A stretch of 8,399 bases of DNA, taken from a virus (Duplodnaviria > Heunggongvirae > Uroviricota > Caudoviricetes). Both the position numbers and the translations under genes were made by a program. Location: positions 1-8,399 of IMG/VR virus record IMGVR_UViG_2671180577_000022, one strand, 5' to 3'. Under the pieces are notes generated by a model. The model saw only the letters and a list, made by a program, of their open reading frames with translations, was not told where the DNA came from and ran no database searches. The first letter of the stretch is position 1. Each line of letters opens with the position of its first letter. Positions 1 through 5,277 of this stretch are shown piece after piece.

Positions 1-27
1 CATTCCAGCAACGGATCTGGAGGTAAT

Positions 28-1077
28 GTGCGGGTATTACTTCGACCTGTTCTGGTACCGGAACTCGGTCTGGTTATCGTTAAGCCAGGCCGTGAATCAA
101 TGTCAGCATTCCATAACGGCAGAATACTGGTGGAGCCGGAACCAAAAAGCATGCGAGCTCTGCCGTCCGGGGTTGTACCTGCCGTTCACCAGCCGCTGGC
201 GGAAGATAAATCACTACTGCCATTTTTCAGCGATGAGCGGGTGATCCGTGCTGCGGGTGGCGCTGGTGCACTGTCTGACTGGTTATTACGTCACGTGAAA
301 TCCTGCCAGTGGCTACACGGTGATTATCATCACAGCGAAACCGTCATTCACCGTTACGGTACCGGCGCGATGGTGTTGTGCTGGCACTGCGACAACCAGC
401 TGCGGGAGCAGACATCTGATTCACTGGATCAACTTGCTCAACAGAATCTGGCCGCCTGGATGATTGACATCATCCGTCACGCAATGAATGGCGCACAGGA
501 GCGTGAATTATCTCTGGCTGAATTATCCTGGTGGGCGGTCCGCAATCAGGTGGCGGACGCGCTACCGGAAGCGGTATTACGTCTTTCGCTGGGGTTGCGT
601 GCGGAAAAAATCCGCTCCGTATACCGTGAAAGCGACATCATACCGGGAGAACAGACCGCCACCAGCATACTGAAGCAGCGCACAAAAAATATTGCGCTAC
701 CGTCTCACACCCACCAGCAACAGAACCCACCACAGGAAAAGACGGTGGTCAGCATTGCCGTTGATCCGGAGTCTCCGGAATCCTTCATGAAACGACCTAA
801 ACGTCGCCTCTGGGTAAATGAGAAATACACACGCTGGGTAAAGACACAGCCGTGTGCGTGTTGTGGTAAGCCAGCGGACGATCCTCATCATCTGATTGGT
901 CATGGTCAGGGCGGAATGGGAACAAAATCCCACGATATTTTCACGCTACCGCTGTGTCGGGAGCATCACAACGAGCTTCATGCGGATCCGCTGGCGTTCG
1001 AAGAAAAGCATGGTTCCCAGGTTGATTTAATTTTTCGTTTTCTTGATCACGCTTTTGCAACCGGCGTGCTCGGGTAA
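28..1077 (+). CDS. DUF968/YdfU-like prophage protein (349 aa) with Cys/His-rich C-terminus
   Basis: Long ORF starting at GTG 28 with GGAGG at 20-24; frame is open to the window start so the true start could lie upstream or at ATG 100. Length matches the 349-aa Qin prophage YdfU as I recall it. C-terminus shows PCACCGKP ... DDPHHLIGHG ... LCREHHNELH, an HNH/zinc-finger-like cluster. Stop TAA 1075-1077 lies 12 nt before rusA. Confidence 0.75.
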   Translation: MRVLLRPVLVPELGLVIVKPGRESMSAFHNGRILVEPEPKSMRALPSGVVPAVHQPLAEDKSLLPFFSDERVIRAAGGAGALSDWLLRHVKSCQWLHGDYHHSETVIHRYGTGAMVLCWHCDNQLREQTSDSLDQLAQQNLAAWMIDIIRHAMNGAQERELSLAELSWWAVRNQVADALPEAVLRLSLGLRAEKIRSVYRESDIIPGEQTATSILKQRTKNIALPSHTHQQQNPPQEKTVVSIAVDPESPESFMKRPKRRLWVNEKYTRWVKTQPCACCGKPADDPHHLIGHGQGGMGTKSHDIFTLPLCREHHNELHADPLAFEEKHGSQVDLIFRFLDHAFATGVLG

Positions 1078-1089
1078 AAGAGGTTACTG

Positions 1090-1461
1090 ATGCGTATAGA
1101 GTTTGTTTTGCCTTACCCGCCGACGGTGAACACCTACTGGCGACGTCGTGGCAGCACATATTTTGTATCAAAAGCCGGTGAGCGTTATCGCCGGGCTGTG
1201 GCGCTTATTGTTCGCCAGCAGCGGCTGAAATTAAGCCTGTCCGGACGGCTGGCAATAAAAATTATTGCAGAACCACCGGATAAGCGCCGCCGTGACCTGG
1301 ACAACATTCTGAAAGCACCGCTGGATGCGCTGACGCATGCGGAAGTGCTCATTGATGACGAGCAGTTTGATGAAATCAATATTGTGCGCGGTCAGCCTGT
1401 GCCAGGTGGACGGCTGGGCGTGAAGATTTACGAAATCAGAGGTGGTAACGATGGCGCGTGA
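1090..1461 (+). CDS. rusA: RusA-family Holliday junction resolvase
   Basis: 123-aa ORF with AAGAGG 7 nt upstream of ATG 1090. Protein carries the RusA-type acidic catalytic core ([20 protein letters not shown]) and is the size of RusA (~120 aa). It sits immediately upstream of Q as in DLP12 and phage 82. Confidence 0.9.
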   Translation: MRIEFVLPYPPTVNTYWRRRGSTYFVSKAGERYRRAVALIVRQQRLKLSLSGRLAIKIIAEPPDKRRRDLDNILKAPLDALTHAEVLIDDEQFDEINIVRGQPVPGGRLGVKIYEIRGGNDGA

Positions 1462-1822
1462 TATCCAGATGGTTCTTGAGCGATGGGGGGCATGGGCAGC
1501 AAATAATCATGAAGATGTAACATGGCCCTCGATAGCTGCTGGTTTTAAAGGATTAATCCCGACTAAAGTGAAATCACGTCCTCAGTGTTCTGATGATGAC
1601 GCCATGATAATTTGTGGTTGTATGGCACGATTAAACAAGAATAATCAGTATTTGCACGATTTGTTGGTGGATTATTACGTAGGTGGAATGACATTTATGG
1701 CTCTTGCACGTAAGCATAGATGTTCTGATGGGCTTATTGGTAAAAGGCTTTATAAAGCGGAAGGTATTATTGAAGGAATGCTTATGGCTCTGAATGTCCG
1801 GTTAGATATGGATATGCGGTAG
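1451..1822 (+). CDS. Q: Late-gene antiterminator Q (phage 82 / QuuD type)
   Basis: ATG 1451 ([23 protein letters not shown]...) preceded by GAGGTGG and overlapping the rusA stop (ATGGCGCGTGA), consistent with translational coupling. The ORF track starts at GTG 1442 in the same frame. Protein resembles E. coli QuuD as I recall it ([21 protein letters not shown]...), ~125 aa. Confidence 0.85.
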   Translation: MARDIQMVLERWGAWAANNHEDVTWPSIAAGFKGLIPTKVKSRPQCSDDDAMIICGCMARLNKNNQYLHDLLVDYYVGGMTFMALARKHRCSDGLIGKRLYKAEGIIEGMLMALNVRLDMDMR

Positions 1823-1913
1823 GGATATATAGTGATGAGGGTTATGTTTTCCGTGTTTATAATTAACATGTTTATTTTTTGATGGTCATGTATTGTGGAA
1901 GGTAGATAAAATG

Positions 1914-1942
1914 TTGCCTGGTGAATTGAAAATATTGATAAT
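1914..1942 (+). promoter_or_regulatory. Candidate sigma70 promoter (possible pR'-like late promoter) upstream of the CPBP gene
   Basis: TTGCCT (1914-1919), 17-nt spacer, GATAAT (1937-1942), about 30 nt upstream of the CPBP start. A second candidate has a perfect -10 TATAAT at 1858-1863 with a weak -35. Position just downstream of Q matches where pR'/qut lie in lambdoid phages. Not verified. Confidence 0.35.
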
Positions 1943-1973
1943 CAATCTTCATCATTAAATAAAAGGAGTGCTT

Positions 1974-2792
1974 ATGTGGATTGTGTTAGTACTGTCACTG
2001 TCAACTCTCAGTTGGCATAAGGTAGTGGCTTTTTCATTGTTGACGGTGTCTGTTGTCCTGGCTGTGCTTAATGATATTATTGATTGGTCGGTGTTATTTT
2101 TTGTTGCTACAATCGTTTTTTTTATTATTTTGAAGTTCAACTGGAAATATAACGCCTGGGCTAAATCTATATATGAAGTTGGCATAGTTTTATCAGCCAT
2201 AGCATTATCTTTCCATCTATGGCCAGGGTTTCACAATCCTGTAGTGCTAAATTCTGTTACTGTTGGCCCTCAAAGTACTCCCTATACAATGTATTTTAAT
2301 TTTGATAAAGCGCTGGTGCCATTTTTGTTAGTCCTGTGTACATCTTCTTTGTTTAAAAAAGAAGTAAAATCAGAAGTGTCTTTGTGGAAGTGGGGGGCTC
2401 TGTCGCTCTCTGTTCCTCTTATCCTGTTTTTGGCTGTTTTTTTTGGTGGATTAAAGCCAGAGATTCATTTTCCTGAGTGGTTGCCAGAGTTTATATTGGC
2501 TAATTTGTTTTTTGTGTCTCTGGCAGAGGAATCATTATTTAGAGGGTATATTCAATCACGGCTATCAGAAGTAACGTCTCCATTGGTTGCATTAATTGTG
2601 GCGGCTTTGTTGTTTGGTTTTTATCACTATTCAGGTGGTGCTTTACTTGTATTATTTGCCACGTTATCTGGTGTTGTGTATGGATTGTCATGGATGTGGA
2701 GTGGGCGTTTGTGGGTTGCCACCCTTTTCCATTTTGGTTTGAATCTGTGTCACTTGTTATTCTTTACCTATCCATTTTTAAAACATAATTGA
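1974..2792 (+). CDS. CPBP-family (CAAX protease / Abi-type) intramembrane protease, polytopic membrane protein
   Basis: ATG 1974 with GGAG 5 nt upstream (ORF track starts at in-frame GTG 1968). Highly hydrophobic multi-TM sequence. All three CPBP/PF02517 signature motifs are present: EExxxR (AEESLFRGY), FxxxH (LFGFYHY) and HxxxN (FHFGLNLCH). Visibly AT-rich compared with flanking core genes. Confidence 0.8.
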   Translation: MWIVLVLSLSTLSWHKVVAFSLLTVSVVLAVLNDIIDWSVLFFVATIVFFIILKFNWKYNAWAKSIYEVGIVLSAIALSFHLWPGFHNPVVLNSVTVGPQSTPYTMYFNFDKALVPFLLVLCTSSLFKKEVKSEVSLWKWGALSLSVPLILFLAVFFGGLKPEIHFPEWLPEFILANLFFVSLAEESLFRGYIQSRLSEVTSPLVALIVAALLFGFYHYSGGALLVLFATLSGVVYGLSWMWSGRLWVATLFHFGLNLCHLLFFTYPFLKHN

Positions 2793-2933
2793 TTTTTTCT
2801 ATGGTTTTAAATTTATAAGACTGAAAAATAGCAGGACGTGACATTTGCATGAAAAATATGCACGGCAAAGCATTTACGTACGTAAAAAATCAGGTATGCT
2901 GTTAAGAGTGGTTATTTCGCCGCATAGCTTGAC

Positions 2934-2956
2934 CCCGCCTCTGAGCGGGTTTTTTG
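2934..2956 (+). terminator. Candidate Rho-independent terminator downstream of the CPBP gene
   Basis: Stem CCCGC (2934-2938) / GCGGG (2945-2949), 6-nt loop, followed by TTTTTT (2950-2955). Short GC stem, so moderate strength. Confidence 0.5.
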
Positions 2957-3078
2957 TGCCCGCAAAGTAGCGCAGTGCGTTAAATGTGCTGGTAGTTATT
3001 AATACAGGTCTTTCAGCTTGCTGGCTTTTTCGGCAAGAGTTATTGGTGTGTCACGTTAACCGGAAAGGGTAAAAAGAC

Positions 3079-3276
3079 ATGCTGAAACAGCAGGATATGA
3101 CAGAAACCGCCAGAGTTGTGTTTGATGAATTAAGCGTCACCGAACCGGCGACAGTCGGGGAGATTGCGCAGAATACTTACCTTTCACGCGAACGCTGCCA
3201 GTTAATACTGACCCAGCTTGTTATGGCGGGTCTGGCAGACTATCAGTGCGGTTGTTACAGACGCCTTCAGTCCTGA
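3079..3276 (+). CDS. Small winged-helix DNA-binding protein, PapI/FaeA-like (65 aa)
   Basis: ATG 3079 with GGAAAGGG upstream. Central segment TVGEIAQNTYLSRERCQLILTQLVMAGLA follows the PapI/FaeA-type pattern (T-x-EIA ... S ... L-x-x-L-x-x-AG). Stop overlaps an intrinsic terminator. Confidence 0.6.
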   Translation: MLKQQDMTETARVVFDELSVTEPATVGEIAQNTYLSRERCQLILTQLVMAGLADYQCGCYRRLQS

Positions 3277-3288
3277 AGGCTTTTTTAT
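3263..3288 (+). terminator. Candidate Rho-independent terminator after the small wHTH gene
   Basis: Stem GCCTTCA (3263-3269) / TGAAGGC (3274-3280), loop GTCC, followed by TTTTTTATTT. Confidence 0.55.
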
Positions 3289-3413
3289 TTGTGGTAAATG
3301 GGCGGCTGGTGGGTGTTAGCGGCACCTGTCAGTCCTTTGCTTATGTGTTGATGATAATTTACCTTTTGGGGCTATAATTGAACTAACCAATTGCTAATGA
3401 AAGTAAAATTATA

Positions 3414-4127
3414 ATGGTTGTTGTCTGTTCAGTTATCATGGTTTGCTCCCCAATTAATATTTTTCTTGAAAAGGATACGTTGTCACTTAAGCCCGGCTCA
3501 GTCGTTCTGGCCACCAAATGCATCAGGGCGCTTTTCCTTATGCATTATGGCAAAGTTAAAATTTTCGATATAAACCATTCCATAGTAAGTCAATATCTGG
3601 AAATTCAGCATAAGCTGACAAGAACTCATCTGACTGACGTTCCGCTTTATCTGTCACTGGAACCCAACAACCCTGCGTTGGCTGAGGCTTTAATTACCAG
3701 CCAGAGATTTTCCGGAGATACCACGGATATGTTTCTTATGATGGCATGCCTGTCGCTGTTTGAATCAGATGAACGGATATTATTATTTTTAAGTGGATGT
3801 TTATCCAGTATAAGTGCCAAAGTCAGGGCGATAATTCAGACAGATATATCAGCAAGCTGGACGCTTGGTGCGATTGCGTTACGCCTGCATATGAGTGAGA
3901 GTTTGTTAAAGATAAAACTGAAAAATGAAGGGCACATGTTCAGTCGCTTGTTGCTGGAAGAGCGGATGCGTGTTGCTGTGAATATGTTATGTTCCCGGCA
4001 TGGATATGGACAGGCTGTAGCAGAAAAATGCGGTTATTCAAGCTGGTCCTACTTTATTTCTGTATTTCACCGCTATTATGGCTTCCCGCCAGACAGATAT
4101 GTATCCAGGCAAGGGCTTGATTATTGA
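3414..4127 (+). CDS. AraC/XylS-family transcriptional regulator (prophage-encoded; start uncertain)
   Basis: C-terminal ~100 aa form a typical AraC-type double HTH (WTLGAIALRLHMSESLLKIKLKNEGHMFSRLLLEERMRVAVNMLCS ... CGYSSWSYFISVFHRYYGFPPDRY). No good SD precedes any candidate start (3414, 3438, 3540), so the N-terminus is uncertain. AT-rich, as is usual for H-NS-silenced AppY/YdeO/GadX-like regulators. Confidence 0.75.
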   Translation: MVVVCSVIMVCSPINIFLEKDTLSLKPGSVVLATKCIRALFLMHYGKVKIFDINHSIVSQYLEIQHKLTRTHLTDVPLYLSLEPNNPALAEALITSQRFSGDTTDMFLMMACLSLFESDERILLFLSGCLSSISAKVRAIIQTDISASWTLGAIALRLHMSESLLKIKLKNEGHMFSRLLLEERMRVAVNMLCSRHGYGQAVAEKCGYSSWSYFISVFHRYYGFPPDRYVSRQGLDY

Positions 4128-4155
4128 TTTTCATCTGATTATTATTTTTTGACCC

Positions 4156-4231
4156 GGCCCTTTAGCTCAGTGGTGAGAGCGAGCGACTCATAATCGCCAG
4201 GTCGCTGGTTCAAATCCAGCAAGGGCCACCA
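4156..4231 (+). tRNA. ileZ: tRNA-Ile2 (anticodon CAU, lysidine-type; formally also Met-like)
   Basis: Manual cloverleaf: acceptor GGCCCTT/AAGGGCC, D-stem GCTC/GAGC, anticodon loop CTCATAA, T-loop TTCAAAT, encoded CCA. Close to E. coli ileX as I recall it. One A-C mispair at 27-43. Confidence 0.85.
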
Positions 4232-4238
4232 TCACATA

Positions 4239-4315
4239 CCGCCATTAGCTCATCAGGAAAGAGCGCCAGCTTTCGAAGCTGGTTGCGCGGAGTTCGGGTC
4301 CCCGAAGGCGGTCCA
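4239..4315 (+). tRNA. argN: tRNA-Arg (anticodon UCG), non-canonical; possibly degenerate
   Basis: Manual fold: D-stem GCTC/GAGC, anticodon stem CCAGC/GCTGG with loop TTTCGAA (anticodon TCG), encoded CCA. Has an A-A mismatch at acceptor 6-67, an A-C mismatch in the T-stem, and T-loop TTCGGGT (G at the normally A58 position). Position between ileZ and argO matches the Stx-phage tRNA cluster. Confidence 0.5.
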
Positions 4316-4328
4316 TTATCTGTATCCT

Positions 4329-4405
4329 GCGTTGTTAGCTCAGCCGGACAGAGCAATTGCCTTCTAAGCAATCGGTCACTGGTTCGAATCCAGTACAACG
4401 CGCCA
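4329..4405 (+). tRNA. argO: tRNA-Arg (anticodon UCU), reads AGA/AGG rare codons
   Basis: Perfect cloverleaf: acceptor GCGTTGT/ACAACGC, D-stem GCTC/GAGC, anticodon stem ATTGC/GCAAT with loop CTTCTAA, T-arm ACTGG-TTCGAAT-CCAGT, encoded CCA. Confidence 0.85.
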
Positions 4406-4419
4406 CACTTATTTTCCCT

Positions 4420-4445
4420 GGCTCGCTTTTGTGGGCCTTTTTTTT
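4420..4445 (+). terminator. Candidate Rho-independent terminator following the tRNA cluster
   Basis: Stem GGCUCGC / GUGGGCC (7 bp including two G-U wobbles), loop TTTT, followed by a run of 8 T (4438-4445). Confidence 0.5.
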
Positions 4446-4499
4446 AAATGTCTCACAATTCAGGCGGTTGACTGTTGTCTGGTTTGCGGGGAGTTTGTT

Positions 4500-4676
4500 A
4501 AAAGAAACTGGCATGGTGAATCCCCCTGTGCGGAGGGGCAATCAGCGAGTAGGTATATGGGATAATCGCGGATTCAGGTGCTGGTACTGAATTCACCGGG
4601 AGGCACCCGGCACCATGCAATGGCACATAGCGCCACTCTCCAGCCCCTCTCCGGAGGGGCTGTTTATATTGATTTT
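4500..4676 (+). ncRNA. Candidate structured small RNA or multi-hairpin regulatory element ending in an intrinsic terminator
   Basis: Four consecutive stem-loops with no ORF: CCCCT/AGGGG (4522-4537); GGATTCAG/CTGAATTC (4570-4594); CCGGG/CCCGG (4596-4610); AGCCCCTC/GAGGGGCT (4642-4661) followed by a T-rich tail GTTTATATTGATTTT. The first and last hairpins share a CGGAGGGGC core. Confidence 0.3.
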
Positions 4677-4696
4677 GTCAGATGTGAGTAAACTCC

Positions 4697-5032
4697 TTAT
4701 GGACTTTGTTGTTTTAGCCCATAAGGACATATTTGCAGAGTGCAACGGTTATTAAAGCATTCATTCAATACGTTATCTGTATTTGTAGGGCATTCCTGGC
4801 TGTTTTTGATTAAATTCCAGAATGTTTTATTGAATGGTACTACGTTGTAAATGGTTACAGGTAGCACTTTGTTATTGAGCATGATGCCTGTGTGAGTCAG
4901 TGTAAATATACTTTCAGGAGGTAAGAAAGCATCCGATTGATACCAGATTATTAATTTTATTTTACTCCATATGACTGAAAAAGATATTCCGCATGATGGC
5001 TGGATAACTGTATCAATCACAATCCACTTCAT
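4697..5032 (-). CDS. Hypothetical orphan protein (111 aa), only minus-strand gene candidate in the window
   Basis: 111-codon ORF in very AT-rich DNA, where stop codons are frequent by chance. Minus-strand start context AAGGAAACTAAATG gives a plausible SD with ~5-nt spacing. No recognisable motif, signal peptide or lipobox. Confidence 0.4.
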   Translation of the reverse strand: MKWIVIDTVIQPSCGISFSVIWSKIKLIIWYQSDAFLPPESIFTLTHTGIMLNNKVLPVTIYNVVPFNKTFWNLIKNSQECPTNTDNVLNECFNNRCTLQICPYGLKQQSP

Positions 5033-5052
5033 TTAGTTTCCTTGTTTATGCC

Positions 5053-5080
5053 TTGCTGGTGATGTTCTGAAAAGTATAAA
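5053..5080 (+). promoter_or_regulatory. Candidate sigma70 promoter upstream of nanS-p
   Basis: TTGCTG (5053-5058), 16-nt spacer, TATAAA (5075-5080) in the AT-rich intergenic region; a divergent promoter for the minus-strand ORF may share this region. Unverified. Confidence 0.3.
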
Positions 5081-5277
5081 TGATATTTTTGATTGTAAAC
5101 CATAGAGCAGAATTATTTTTCTGATGTTGTTTATTGTTTATTTAAATGCAGGGTGGTTTATATCTCGTCTTGTAGTTTATCCATGCATATCTGCTTGATG
5201 ATGAGGTTTTTATTTAAGGTATGGTTTTGTGTTTTTTCTGTATTACATGTCAGGTATTTTAAAGAATCATTTTTCAG

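Noticed and set aside
26-244. 72-aa + strand ORF overlapping the start of the DUF968/YdfU-like gene in another frame
   Set aside because: Fully embedded in a much longer, better-supported ORF; start too close to the GGAGG to be served by it; no recognisable protein features.
488-1379. Short ORFs overlapping the DUF968 gene and rusA (488..673 +, 697..933 -, 941..1171 -, 1185..1379 -)
   Set aside because: Alternative-frame or antisense ORFs inside confidently assigned genes; typical shadow ORFs with arginine-rich or low-complexity translations.
1955-2200. 81-aa minus-strand ORF antisense to the start of the CPBP gene
   Set aside because: Overlaps the CPBP promoter and start region; the sense ORF has the SD, full length and conserved motifs, the antisense one has none.
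4210-4590. ORFs of 62-77 aa overlapping the tRNA cluster (4210..4398 -, 4335..4541 -, 4357..4590 +)
   Set aside because: They run through tRNA genes and terminator hairpins; the tRNA cloverleaves explain this sequence better than coding.
4916-4921. Strong AGGAGG on the + strand that could mark a small + strand gene
   Set aside because: No start codon at a suitable distance; the nearest + strand ORFs are only 17-21 codons; the motif lies inside the minus-strand ORF.
4406-5277. Possible Shiga toxin genes or remnants in the canonical stx position
   Set aside because: No + strand ORF of suitable size and no translation resembling StxA or StxB; the segment is about 870 bp, too short for stxAB.
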